A stretch of 32,000 nucleotides of DNA from Corynebacterium glutamicum ATCC 13032 (GTDB lineage: Bacteria; Actinomycetota; Actinomycetes; Mycobacteriales; Mycobacteriaceae), in contig NC_003450.3 in NCBI RefSeq assembly GCF_000011325.1, positions 660,001 through 692,000 on the forward strand, written 5' to 3'. Position 1 is the stretch's first letter, and every line of letters starts with the position of its first letter. Shown in pieces: positions 16,215 through 25,249 of the stretch. The notes under the pieces are model-generated. The model was not told the origin of the DNA. It searched no databases and saw only the letters and a program-made list of their open reading frames with translations. Position numbers and translations under genes: made by a program.

Positions 16215-16937
16215 CTAAGACCTAATATCAATGCCCTGCGAGCCCGTAGAATCAGCATTAATCAATGCGGTCAAAATGCTCTTTTCTACATGGATCAGGT
16301 GCTGTCTACACGCAGCGCCTGCCGACCTTAAATCTCCTGAGGCCACAGCTTCACACATTTCAATATGTTCCTGAACCGATTGGCGCAGACGCGCATGATC
16401 GGAATGCGCAATGATCCGCAGCCTCGTGGTGTGCGGTTTTAAACTTAAGATGCTGCGTCCAAGGAATTGGTTGTGAGTATTTGCTGCAACAAGATCATCA
16501 AACTTACTGGTCAATCGCCTAAAATCGGCGGTGAAATCTGCATCGTCTGCAGAGTTTTCCAGCTCTCGAAAATCTGCCGCCAACGTAGAAAACTCACCAA
16601 AGATACGCGGTGATTTACTCGCTCCAACAGAGATTTCCTCAAGCGCTGCGACCTCGACGATCCTGCGGAACTCAAACAGATCCTTAATGTGGCGAAGCGA
16701 AAGTGGCGACACCATAGGCGCCTGACGTGGCTCCAAAATGATCAACTCGTCTGCGGCTAACCGGCGGAGAGCATCCCGGACTGGGGTTCTCGAAGCGCCG
16801 GTGTGTTCAACCAGCCACACTTCCGACATTCGTTGCCCAGGATTTAAGGTTCCATCTTCGATTTCACGACGAATCTGTGTGTATACCTGATCTGCTTTTC
16901 TCGTAGCAGGGGAGGCCTGGGCATCTTTTTGGACCAT
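16215..16937 (-). CDS. GntR-family transcriptional regulator (FadR subfamily, FCD ligand domain)
   Basis: 240 aa with an N-terminal winged HTH (PGQRMSEVWLVEHTGASRTPVRDALRRLAADELI) and an all-helical C-terminal FCD-like domain. Confidence 0.85.
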   Translation of the reverse strand: MVQKDAQASPATRKADQVYTQIRREIEDGTLNPGQRMSEVWLVEHTGASRTPVRDALRRLAADELIILEPRQAPMVSPLSLRHIKDLFEFRRIVEVAALEEISVGASKSPRIFGEFSTLAADFRELENSADDADFTADFRRLTSKFDDLVAANTHNQFLGRSILSLKPHTTRLRIIAHSDHARLRQSVQEHIEMCEAVASGDLRSAGAACRQHLIHVEKSILTALINADSTGSQGIDIRS

Positions 16938-16948
16938 GACAACACCTT

Positions 16949-16968
16949 AGTACACCGAAATTTAGACT
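16949..16968. promoter_or_regulatory. Candidate GntR operator B: GTACAC-CGAAAT-TTAGAC, just upstream of the GntR gene
   Basis: 15 of 20 positions are identical to site A, including an identical CGAAAT spacer. The site lies 12-31 nt upstream of the regulator's ATG (16937). Confidence 0.5.
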
Positions 16969-17043
16969 ATTTGTGACACTGGGTTGCAGAAAGTGGATGC
17001 TAGGTTGGGGGAGACGTCGACAAGCAATTTTTTGCTTGGCGTA

Positions 17044-17748
17044 TTACTGGCTGTGCTTGGACTGCTTCCTTGAGTTAGTCCACGCCCTGATCCCGAGGAC
17101 GATGACCGCCAAAGCGATGGCGCCTCCAATCAGGATGTACTGCAGTGGGATTGGGCGGGCGTCATCGATGGCATCGATGCAGTTTTGGAAATCCTCTTTA
17201 AGAGCGGTTTGGGATTCGTTGTAATCATCGGTGCGGTCGGCGAATACTTCGGCGCGGATTTCTGCGGTGCGGGTGCCGGTGGTGGCGGCTTGTTGAAGTT
17301 GGCTGAGTACATCGCTGGCTGGATCGCTGGAGAATCCGCTGATGATGTCTTTGGCTTCGTCGTATGTGTACTCCGTTTTGAAACTTTCCTCGGCGTTGGG
17401 GTCTGCCAGCGTGGGATCGTCTGGGAGGAGCATGGCTAGGCCTTCGCCGGATTCGATGGCATCGAGGCGTACTTGCAGTTCAGCAGCAGTTGGGGCGTTG
17501 TCATCTTGGGCGATGTAGCTTTCAATCGCCGCTTTGATTCCTGGATCTTGGGCGTCTAGTTCGTCGAGGCGTTGTTCGCGCACGGAGTCTTCAATGGAGT
17601 TCCAGAAGGTAACCACCGCGGAATCGTCGGTGTTGCTGGCGATGCACAATTCCTTGTCGGTGTCGGCGGTGAGTGTGGCAGCAGATGCTGTTGGGATGCT
17701 CACGGCGGTGGTGATAAGAAGTGCGGGAAGAACTCGAGAAAAACGCAT
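17044..17748 (-). CDS. Acidic secreted protein with a C-terminal membrane anchor, unknown function
   Basis: 234 aa. It has a signal peptide (MRFSRVLPALLITTAVSIPTASA), a strongly D/E-rich body with two Cys, and a C-terminal TM helix plus basic tail (YILIGGAIALAVIVLGIRAWTNSRKQSK). There is no LPXTG motif. Confidence 0.65.
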   Translation of the reverse strand: MRFSRVLPALLITTAVSIPTASAATLTADTDKELCIASNTDDSAVVTFWNSIEDSVREQRLDELDAQDPGIKAAIESYIAQDDNAPTAAELQVRLDAIESGEGLAMLLPDDPTLADPNAEESFKTEYTYDEAKDIISGFSSDPASDVLSQLQQAATTGTRTAEIRAEVFADRTDDYNESQTALKEDFQNCIDAIDDARPIPLQYILIGGAIALAVIVLGIRAWTNSRKQSKHSQ

Positions 17749-17754
17749 GTGCCC

Positions 17755-17760
17755 ATTATG
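17755..17760 (-). promoter_or_regulatory. Candidate -10 box (CATAAT on the minus strand) giving a leaderless transcript of the 17748 gene
   Basis: On the minus strand CATAAT is followed by 6 nt (gggcac) and then the ATG. There is no Shine-Dalgarno sequence. The box lies directly after the icd terminator. Confidence 0.3.
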
Positions 17761-17774
17761 GCAATAAAAATATG

Positions 17775-17816
17775 AAAAAGCGCTGTGCTTCCATGTGAGG
17801 AAGCACAGCGCTTTTT
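17775..17816 (-). terminator. Rho-independent terminator of icd
   Basis: A perfect 18-bp stem, AAAAAGCGCTGTGCTTCC (17775-17792) with GGAAGCACAGCGCTTTTT (17799-17816), and a 6-nt loop. The minus-strand reading is followed by a U-rich tail. It starts 12 nt after the icd stop. Confidence 0.85.
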
Positions 17817-17827
17817 GTGAAGAGACT

Positions 17828-20044
17828 TTACTTCTTCAGTGCGTCAACGATCTCGTTGAACTGTGCGACTGGGCGCATGATGTTGGTGAGCTTCTCCTCG
17901 TTAGGGGAGTAGTAGCCACCAAGGTCAGTTGCTCCACCCTGAACTGCGAGCAGTGCAGCATCGATGTCTGCAGCGCCTGTGTTCAGTGCTTCTGCGACTG
18001 GTGCGAAGGTAGCAGCCAGATCTGCGTCCTCGGTCTGAGCAGCGAGCTCGTCAGCCCAGAACTTGGTCAGCCAGAAGTGGGAGCCACGGTTGTCGATCTC
18101 GCCAACCTTGCGGGATGGGGACTTCTCTTCGTTCAGCAGCTTCTCAGTTGCCTTGTCCAGAGCGTCAGCCAGAACGCCGGCCTTGGTGTTGCCGTTGTTG
18201 TTGAGCTCGTGGCGGAAGGACTCAGCCAGTGCGAGGAACTCACCGAGGGAATCCCAACGCAGGTGGTTTTCTTCCTGAACCTGCTGGACGTGCTTAGGAG
18301 CAGATCCACCAGCACCGGTCTCGAACAGTCCGCCGCCAGCCATCAAAGGAACGACAGACAGCATCTTTGCAGAGGTGCCCAGCTCCAGGATTGGGAAGAG
18401 GTCGGTGTTGTAGTCACGCAGAACGTTACCGGTGACAGAGATGGTGTCCTCGCCACGGCGGATGCGGTCGATGGAGAGCTGGGTTGCCTCAACAGGGGAG
18501 AGGATCTGGATGTCCAGGCCCTCGGTGTCGTGGTCAGCCAGGTACTTCTCAACGAGGGAAGCCAGGTTGCGGTCGTGTGCGCGCTCTGGATCCAACCAGA
18601 ACACTGCAGGCATTCCGGAGAGACGGGAGCGGGTGACAGCAAGCTTTACCCAATCCTGGATTGGGGCATCCTTGACCTGGCATGCACGCCAGATGTCATT
18701 TGCCTCAACGTCGTGCTCGATGAGAACGTCGCCGTTGGAGGAAACAACCTGAACCACACCGTCTGCTTCGATGCGGAAGGTCTTGTCATGGGAGCCGTAC
18801 TCTTCAGCCTTCTGAGCCATCAGACCAACGTTAGGGACGGTACCCATGGTGGTTGGATCGAATGCGCCGTTCTTGCGGCAGTCTTCGATAACGGTCTGGT
18901 AGACGCCAGCGTAGGAGGAGTCTGGGATGATTGCCAGGGTGTCCTGCTCCTGGTCGTCTTTGTTCCACATGTGGCCGGAGGTACGAATCATTGCTGGCAT
19001 GGAAGCGTCCACGATGACATCGGAAGGGACATGCAGGTTGGTGATGCCGCGAGCGGAGTTAACCATGGCCAGGTCTGGGCCGTCTTCCAAGCCCTTCTCG
19101 AATGCAGCCTTGATTTCTTCGCCGTTGTCCAGGGACTCCAAGCCGGAGAGGATTGCAGCGAGGCCGTTTTCGCCGTTGAGGCCAGCTGCGAGCAGCTGCT
19201 CACCGTACTGTGCGAAAACGTCTGCGAAGTAAGCGCGCACAACGTGGCCGAAGATGATTGGGTCGGAGACCTTCATCATGGTGGCCTTCAGGTGTGCGGA
19301 GAAGAGGATACCTTCTGCCTTTGCGCGAGCGACCTGCTCGAGAAGGAATGCGTCCAGTGCCTTTGCGGACAGAACGGTTCCGTCTAGAACTTCGCCTTCA
19401 AGAAGCTTGAGGCTGTCCTTGAGGATGGTCTCGGTGCCGTCAGCTGCGATGTGCTTGATCTGAACTTCATCAGCAGCGTCGAGGATGATGGACTTCTCGT
19501 TGTGGCGGAAGTCGTTTGCATCCATGGTTGCAACGTTGGTCTTGGAATCTGCAGACCACTCGCCCATGCGGTGTGGGAACTTCTTAACAAAGTTCTTGAC
19601 AGCGATTGGTGCGCGGCGGTCAGAGTTGCCTTCACGCAGCACTGGGTTCACAGCGGAACCCTTAACAGCGTTGTAGCGTGCGAGGATGTCTTTTTCCTCG
19701 TCGGTGGTGGCGTTATCAGGCAGTTCTGGGATGTCGTAGCCCTGGTCCTGCAGTTCCTTAATAGCAGCCTTGAGCTGTGGAACAGAAGCGGAGATGTTTG
19801 GAAGCTTAATGATGTTTGCTTCAGGAGTCTTAGCAAGCTCGCCGAGTTCTGCGAGTGCGTTGCCTACCTTCTGATCTTCGGTGAGGCGCTCTGGGAACTG
19901 GGCGAGGATGCGTCCAGCGAGTGAAATGTCCCGGGTCTCGACCTCAATGCCCGCGGTAGCAGCAAATGCCTCGACGACCGGCTTCAGCGAGTAGGTCGCG
20001 AGCAGCGGTGCTTCGTCGGTGCGGGTCCAGATGATCTTAGCCAT
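17828..20044 (-). CDS. icd: Monomeric NADP-dependent isocitrate dehydrogenase
   Basis: 738 aa, the size and sequence of the monomeric IDH class ([20 protein letters not shown]...). An AAGGAG ribosome-binding site is present. Confidence 0.95.
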   Translation of the reverse strand: MAKIIWTRTDEAPLLATYSLKPVVEAFAATAGIEVETRDISLAGRILAQFPERLTEDQKVGNALAELGELAKTPEANIIKLPNISASVPQLKAAIKELQDQGYDIPELPDNATTDEEKDILARYNAVKGSAVNPVLREGNSDRRAPIAVKNFVKKFPHRMGEWSADSKTNVATMDANDFRHNEKSIILDAADEVQIKHIAADGTETILKDSLKLLEGEVLDGTVLSAKALDAFLLEQVARAKAEGILFSAHLKATMMKVSDPIIFGHVVRAYFADVFAQYGEQLLAAGLNGENGLAAILSGLESLDNGEEIKAAFEKGLEDGPDLAMVNSARGITNLHVPSDVIVDASMPAMIRTSGHMWNKDDQEQDTLAIIPDSSYAGVYQTVIEDCRKNGAFDPTTMGTVPNVGLMAQKAEEYGSHDKTFRIEADGVVQVVSSNGDVLIEHDVEANDIWRACQVKDAPIQDWVKLAVTRSRLSGMPAVFWLDPERAHDRNLASLVEKYLADHDTEGLDIQILSPVEATQLSIDRIRRGEDTISVTGNVLRDYNTDLFPILELGTSAKMLSVVPLMAGGGLFETGAGGSAPKHVQQVQEENHLRWDSLGEFLALAESFRHELNNNGNTKAGVLADALDKATEKLLNEEKSPSRKVGEIDNRGSHFWLTKFWADELAAQTEDADLAATFAPVAEALNTGAADIDAALLAVQGGATDLGGYYSPNEEKLTNIMRPVAQFNEIVDALKK

Positions 20045-20127
20045 GAGTCTCCTTGGTTGATGGGCTCTTTTGTTCAGCTACCTAGAATACAGTGTTCTAC
20101 TAATTGCTGGCGCCTATGGTGGCAGTT

Positions 20128-21027
20128 TCAGCCCCGCATGGAAACGCCGTGTTTCCAATACCCCATGAATGCCACTTGGGAACGGTCGAGGCCTTTCTCT
20201 TTCACTAGAGATCGACGAATGCTGGTCACGACACCACTTTCGCCAGCAATCCAGTAGTAGTCGCCTGAACGTGGGTTGGATTCTGTGATCTGTTCGCCAG
20301 TGGCGGAGAACACAGGAGTCTCCCACACAAGTTCGCCTTCGGAGGTGGCTGCAGCTTCTGTTTCTTCATGGTGGAGGGCCAGGGTTTCCATCAACAATTC
20401 ACCGTGCTTGCGGCCGTTGCGGGGCAGCCATTTCACATCGATGGAGGAAGGTCCCTCGATGGCAAGTGCATCGTCATCTGAGGGGATTTCGATCATGGCG
20501 GTTCCTGGAATATCGGAATCTGCGAGGTCTTCGAGGATGCGCGCGATTGCGGGTGCTGCGGTTTCATCGCCTGCCAAGATCACCTTGGTGGCTGCACCGG
20601 GAGCGAATTCAATGCCACCCATATATTCAGCATCGAGTCGTGGTGCCACAATCAAAATTTCATCACCAGCTGCAGCAGACGCCGCCCACGTGGATGCAGG
20701 TCCGGTGAGCCCCGGCGCGATGTGGAGGACGAAATCGACGGTCATGCGGGTGGCTTCTTCGGTGCGCTCCAGTGAGCGGATGGAGTAGGTGCGCATGACG
20801 CCGCGGGAGTCTTCGGGAAGTTTGGCCCATTCTTCGTACCAGAGTCCTTCTTGGGGGAATTCAGGTAGGGGTTGGCCGGGGTTGGGAAAAATGAGTTTGA
20901 TGCGCTGATCGTAAAGCGGTGTGTCGCTGCCCACCACTTTGAGTTCTGGTCCGGTGAACACAATCCGGATGAAGTTGGGGCTGATCTGGGTTGCGGATTC
21001 AACGATGGCGGTTACTGGGGCGGGCAT
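20128..21027 (-). CDS. Siderophore-interacting protein (FAD-binding ferric-siderophore reductase, ViuB/SIP family)
   Basis: 299 aa with an FAD_binding_9 N-terminal domain (RMRTYSIRS motif region) and a SIP C-terminal domain (YYWIAGESGVV...). An AGGAGA ribosome-binding site is present. It is the last gene of the siderophore uptake operon. Confidence 0.85.
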   Translation of the reverse strand: MPAPVTAIVESATQISPNFIRIVFTGPELKVVGSDTPLYDQRIKLIFPNPGQPLPEFPQEGLWYEEWAKLPEDSRGVMRTYSIRSLERTEEATRMTVDFVLHIAPGLTGPASTWAASAAAGDEILIVAPRLDAEYMGGIEFAPGAATKVILAGDETAAPAIARILEDLADSDIPGTAMIEIPSDDDALAIEGPSSIDVKWLPRNGRKHGELLMETLALHHEETEAAATSEGELVWETPVFSATGEQITESNPRSGDYYWIAGESGVVTSIRRSLVKEKGLDRSQVAFMGYWKHGVSMRG

Positions 21028-21036
21028 GGTGTTCTC

Positions 21037-21846
21037 CTAGTGAAGTGCGGTGATGTGGTGTCGTCCCATGGGCATGACCAGTGGTGCGCCGGAGACTGGG
21101 TCGGCGATAATGCGGGCGTCGGTGTGGAAGACCTCGCTCATCATGGTTTCGGTGATGACGTTGGTGGGGGTGCCTTGGGCGTAGATTTTTCCGGCGTTCA
21201 TGGCGATGAGGTGGTCAGAGTAACGTGCGGCAAGTCCCAATTCGTGGAGCACCATGACGATGGTGGTGCCGTGGTTGTGGTTGAGGTCAGTGAGGAGATC
21301 AAGCACTTCGAGCTGGTTGGCGATGTCGAGGTAGGTGGTGGGTTCATCAAGAAGCAGGATGTCTGTTTCTTGGGCAAGGGCCATGGCGATCCAGACGCGT
21401 TGGCGTTGGCCGCCGGAGAGTTCGTCGATGGGGCGTTCGGCAAGCTCGGTGGTGTTGGTCATTTCCAATGCTTGGGCCACTACTTCGTAGTCGCGTGTGG
21501 ACCATCTGCCCATGAGTCCTTGGTGGGGGTGGCGGCCGCGGCCCACGAGGTCGGCGACGACGATGCCTTCAGGTGCGGTGGGGGATTGCGGTAACAGCCC
21601 GAGCATGCGAGCTAGTTCTTTGCCTGGCAGTGAAGGAAGGGGGTGGGCGTCGATAAGCGCTTGCCCGGCGCTAGGTTTAAGGAGGCGCGCAAAGGCGCGC
21701 AGCAGCGTTGATTTGCCGCATCCGTTGGGGCCGACGATGGAGGTGATTTTGCCGGGGACGATGTCGACGCTGAGCGAATCGATGATGGTGCGCTCGCCGT
21801 ACGCCAGGGAAATTTCTTCGGCGGATAGTTGATGGTTGGTGGTCAC
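21037..21846 (-). CDS. Fe3+-siderophore ABC transporter ATP-binding protein (FepC/FecE type)
   Basis: Walker A GPNGCGKST, signature LSGGQRQR and Walker B ILLLDEPT are present. The start is taken at the GTG at 21846, whose GTGA overlaps the upstream permease stop. The longer tracked ORF (to 22086) adds an Arg/Pro/His-rich non-homologous extension inside the permease gene. Confidence 0.88.
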   Translation of the reverse strand: MTTNHQLSAEEISLAYGERTIIDSLSVDIVPGKITSIVGPNGCGKSTLLRAFARLLKPSAGQALIDAHPLPSLPGKELARMLGLLPQSPTAPEGIVVADLVGRGRHPHQGLMGRWSTRDYEVVAQALEMTNTTELAERPIDELSGGQRQRVWIAMALAQETDILLLDEPTTYLDIANQLEVLDLLTDLNHNHGTTIVMVLHELGLAARYSDHLIAMNAGKIYAQGTPTNVITETMMSEVFHTDARIIADPVSGAPLVMPMGRHHITALH

Positions 21847-22871
21847 AGGGTTACTCCCGCGCGGTTGGAACGAATGAGTAAATAGATAAGGAATGGGGCG
21901 CCGAATGCGCCGGTGACAACTCCGACGGGGTAGCGGGTGCCGAGGAAGTATTGGCCAATTAGGTCGGCGATGAGCACGATCAACCCGCCGATGAGTGCGG
22001 AGGGGATGATGAGCGATCCGCCGGAGCCTAAAATGCGCGCGGCAATGGGGCCAGACACAAACGCCACGAATGCGATCGGGCCGCATGCAGCGGTAGCAAC
22101 GGCGATGAGCGCAACAGCGGCAATAATCGCAATGACGCGCGTGCGATTAGTAGCAACGCCCAAACCCACCGCGGAATCATTGCCCAAACGCATAAGATCC
22201 ACATTGCGCGCATTAGCCACCAGCAGCGGAATGAGTACCACAGTGGTGACAATCAGCGGCATCGCACGATCCCACGTCGCACCATTGAGCGAGCCGGTAA
22301 GCCAGCGCGTCGCGGTCGGCAGATCCCAAGAATCAGCCTTGGACAGCGAATACGACACTAATGAATTCAGCATCGCAGCAATACCAATGCCGGTAAGAAT
22401 CAGACGCGTGGCCGAAAAACCACCGCGATACGCCACCAGATAAATCAACAACGCCACAGCCAAGGACGCACACAAAGAAATCGCCGACACTGCAGACTGC
22501 GACATCCCGAAAAACACAATGCAAATTACGCCCGCCGCCGACGCGCCAGAAGAAATGCCGATAATATCCGGCGACGCCAACTGATTACGCAACACCGTCT
22601 GAAAAATCACGCCCGCCGCGCCAAACGCCAAACCCGCAGTCAAACCCATCACCGCGCGCGGCAAACGCAACACGCCAACGGAATAACTCGCGCCGGGAAC
22701 CTGCTGTCCAGACAACACTTTCAGCACCTGAGCAGGGCCATAAAACACCTCGCCCCACATCAAAGAAAAAGCAAAAATACCAAGCGTGACGACGCCCAAT
22801 GCCGCAACAATCAGCCACCTGCGGGAGTTGCGCGATGCGCGCTGGCGCTTGAGTTGATGGCTAAGGCTCAT
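21843..22871 (-). CDS. Fe3+-siderophore ABC transporter permease (FecCD family), second subunit
   Basis: FecCD-type polytopic protein. The ATG at 22871 forms an ATGA overlap with the preceding permease stop, which suggests translational coupling. Confidence 0.85.
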   Translation of the reverse strand: MSLSHQLKRQRASRNSRRWLIVAALGVVTLGIFAFSLMWGEVFYGPAQVLKVLSGQQVPGASYSVGVLRLPRAVMGLTAGLAFGAAGVIFQTVLRNQLASPDIIGISSGASAAGVICIVFFGMSQSAVSAISLCASLAVALLIYLVAYRGGFSATRLILTGIGIAAMLNSLVSYSLSKADSWDLPTATRWLTGSLNGATWDRAMPLIVTTVVLIPLLVANARNVDLMRLGNDSAVGLGVATNRTRVIAIIAAVALIAVATAACGPIAFVAFVSGPIAARILGSGGSLIIPSALIGGLIVLIADLIGQYFLGTRYPVGVVTGAFGAPFLIYLLIRSNRAGVTL

Positions 22872-23866
22872 AGCTCTTTGACTTTCTGACGACGAATAAT
22901 CCAAATAAACAGTGGCGCACCAATGATCGGCATGATGATGCCCACGGCAATTTCACTCGGACGAGTCACCACGCGCCCAAAAGTATCCGCCGCAACAATC
23001 AACACCGCGCCCGCTAGCGCCGAACAGGGCACCAGCCAGCGATGATCCGTGCCCACAATCAGGCGCGTAATGTGCGGCACCACCAGCCCCACGAACGCGA
23101 TCGGGCCGGCCAGCGCCGTAGCCACGCCGCACAAAATAACAGCGCCTATCGACGCCACAATCCGTGTTCTCAGCACATTCTCACCTAAACTGGTGGCCAC
23201 ATCATCACCCAACGCCAACGCGTTCAAACCAGTGGATGTGAGCACACACAGCAAGAAACCGACAGCGAGAAACGGTGCAGCCAGGGCCATTCGATCCCAC
23301 TCTGCGCCACCCACGCCACCGATCTGCCAAAAGCGGAATCTGTCCATGACATCAACGCGAGGCAACAACACAGCACTGACCAAGGACGTGAGCGCAGCGG
23401 TGGTGGCTGCACCTGCAAGAGCAAGCTTGAGCGGCGTGGCCCCACCGCGACCCAAAGAACCCACGGTGTACACAAACACCGCAGCAGCCGCAGAACCAAC
23501 GACCGCAACGATCATCGTGGGGACCGCGCCAGCCAAACCGAAAAAGGAAATGCCAATGACCACAGCCAGAGAAGCACCAGCAAGAATGCCAAAGATACCT
23601 GGATCTGCCAGCGGATTCCTGGTCACCGCCTGCATGGTGGTTCCCGCAATCGCCAGGGCAGCACCAATGATGATGCCCAGCACAGTCCGTGGAATTCTCT
23701 TTAATGCTGCTGCTTGCTCCGTGGTGTCCGAATGCCCAAGCAATGCCTGGATCGCATCATCAGTGCTGGTGGAACGCACACCAAATTTCACAGAGCACAC
23801 GCACGCAACAGCTAAAAGAACCAGCGTGGCGCTGAGAAACAAAAGCTTTTTGGTTGTTGACATCAA
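22868..23866 (-). CDS. Fe3+-siderophore ABC transporter permease (FecCD family), first subunit
   Basis: FecCD-type polytopic protein (RNPLADPGIFGILAGASL motif). The tracked start is the TTG at 23866. The adjacent ATG at 23863 is equally possible. Confidence 0.85.
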   Translation of the reverse strand: MMSTTKKLLFLSATLVLLAVACVCSVKFGVRSTSTDDAIQALLGHSDTTEQAAALKRIPRTVLGIIIGAALAIAGTTMQAVTRNPLADPGIFGILAGASLAVVIGISFFGLAGAVPTMIVAVVGSAAAAVFVYTVGSLGRGGATPLKLALAGAATTAALTSLVSAVLLPRVDVMDRFRFWQIGGVGGAEWDRMALAAPFLAVGFLLCVLTSTGLNALALGDDVATSLGENVLRTRIVASIGAVILCGVATALAGPIAFVGLVVPHITRLIVGTDHRWLVPCSALAGAVLIVAADTFGRVVTRPSEIAVGIIMPIIGAPLFIWIIRRQKVKEL

Positions 23867-23872
23867 GCAGTT

Positions 23873-24925
23873 TTACTTCAGAGGTTCGGCGAGTTTTGCA
23901 AAGTAATCGTTGATACCCCAAGGAATAGATAGTGGGGATTCATTCGCTGAAGCAGCCAGTGGGTTAGCACCCAAGAACACAACCTTGCCCTCGGCGATAG
24001 CTGGGATTCGAGACAGCAGTGGATCAGCCTGCATCTTGGACAACAGCTCAGCGTTTGCAGCATCATCTTCGGTGCCGTAGGTGATGATCACATCAACATC
24101 GTCGAAGGTTTCAGGGTTTTCTGCAGAAACCTGCTCGTAGAAGCTATCTGGGCTGGAGTGCTCCTTGAGGACTGAAGCTTCCTGGACACCCGCATCAAGC
24201 AAGAAGCTCATGCGAGGATCAATGCTGGTGTACACACCAATCTGCGAGAAATCGCTCTCATCGAAGAACGCGAATACAGGCTTCGCATCCTTCAACTCTG
24301 GGTTGGCATCGATGGCGGAAGCAACCTCTGCATCCAGATCTGCGATGAGATCCTTGCCTTCTTGCTCCAAGCCAATCGCCTTAGAGTTCATCTCAATCAT
24401 TTCATCCAGGGAGGTGCCCCATGCGATTTCTGGGTAGGCAACCACAGGTGCGATCTGGGACAGCTGATCGTAGTCTTCCTGGGTGATGCCAGAGTAGGAC
24501 GCCAAAATGACATCCGGAGCAGTGTTGGCGATCTCCTCAAAAGGAATGGAATCGGTGGCATCGAAAAGCACAGGCTCATCGGAGCCGAGCTTGCTCAAGG
24601 TTTCTTCCACCCATGGCAAGATGCCGTTGTTGTCATCGTCGCCCCACGTGACCTTCTCAAAGCCGACAGGAGTCACACCCAATGCGAGAGGGACTTCATG
24701 GTTGGACCAGCCAACAGTTGCGATGCGTTCTGGCTTGGACTCAATGGTGGTCTCGCCGAAAGCGTGCTCAATGGTGACAGGGAACGCCTCGTTGGAAACG
24801 TCAGAGCTTTGGGATGCTGCTGAAGACGAATTGGAGGACGTTTCTGAAGAATCCTGGGAGCAGGCCGCGAGGGACACCGTGAGGGTTGCGGCAAGAATGC
24901 CGGCTAGAACGCGAGACGTACGCAT
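23873..24925 (-). CDS. irp1: Secreted siderophore-binding lipoprotein (ABC substrate-binding component)
   Basis: 350 aa with a signal peptide and lipobox (SLAACS), an S-rich linker, and a PF01497-type binding-protein body. It is the first gene of a five-gene operon and is preceded by a DtxR-like box. The gene symbol is from memory of C. glutamicum cg0771. Confidence 0.8.
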   Translation of the reverse strand: MRTSRVLAGILAATLTVSLAACSQDSSETSSNSSSAASQSSDVSNEAFPVTIEHAFGETTIESKPERIATVGWSNHEVPLALGVTPVGFEKVTWGDDDNNGILPWVEETLSKLGSDEPVLFDATDSIPFEEIANTAPDVILASYSGITQEDYDQLSQIAPVVAYPEIAWGTSLDEMIEMNSKAIGLEQEGKDLIADLDAEVASAIDANPELKDAKPVFAFFDESDFSQIGVYTSIDPRMSFLLDAGVQEASVLKEHSSPDSFYEQVSAENPETFDDVDVIITYGTEDDAANAELLSKMQADPLLSRIPAIAEGKVVFLGANPLAASANESPLSIPWGINDYFAKLAEPLK

Positions 24926-24965
24926 GAAAAGTTTCTCTCTCTTTCTCGAACAACAACGGAATAAC

Positions 24966-24984
24966 TTAGGTTAGGCTGCCCGAC
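24966..24984. promoter_or_regulatory. Candidate DtxR (iron repressor) box upstream of the irp1 operon
   Basis: TTAGGTTAGGCTGCCCGAC matches the DtxR/IdeR consensus TTAGGTTAGCCTAACCTAA at 14 of 19 positions, with a perfect left half. It lies 41-59 nt upstream of the irp1 ATG. Confidence 0.6.
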
Positions 24985-25249
24985 AGAATATCACTGGAGA
25001 GGTATTGGAGGAAATGTCTCACGTCACAACCTTTTGAAAGGTGGCTAAGTACGCACATTTGTTGTCTGCAATAGTGCCGGTGAGGGAGCTGTCCGATATT
25101 GTGCTTACATGCACGAATCTGGAAAAAATCCTGTCAAGGTTGTCGACTCGCAGGCACCACAAGGACGCGGTGGGCATATCGGCGGACATATCAAACGCCG
25201 CCCGATTCCTAGGCAAACGGAAATTTCCGAGGTTCGTCGATATATCGTC

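Noticed and set aside
17795-19387. 530-aa ORF on the plus strand, the longest unannotated ORF in the track
   Set aside because: It lies entirely antisense to icd, whose identity is unmistakable. Its translation is low-complexity (V/G/L/C-rich) with no recognisable domain. It is a typical stop-free shadow frame opposite a strongly codon-biased gene.
25218-25229. 12-bp palindrome CGGAAATTTCCG 20 nt upstream of the MFS start, and the 6+6 palindrome ACCTTTTGAAAGGT at 25029-25042
   Set aside because: Several palindromes of this size are expected by chance in 32 kb. There is no second copy or known motif match.
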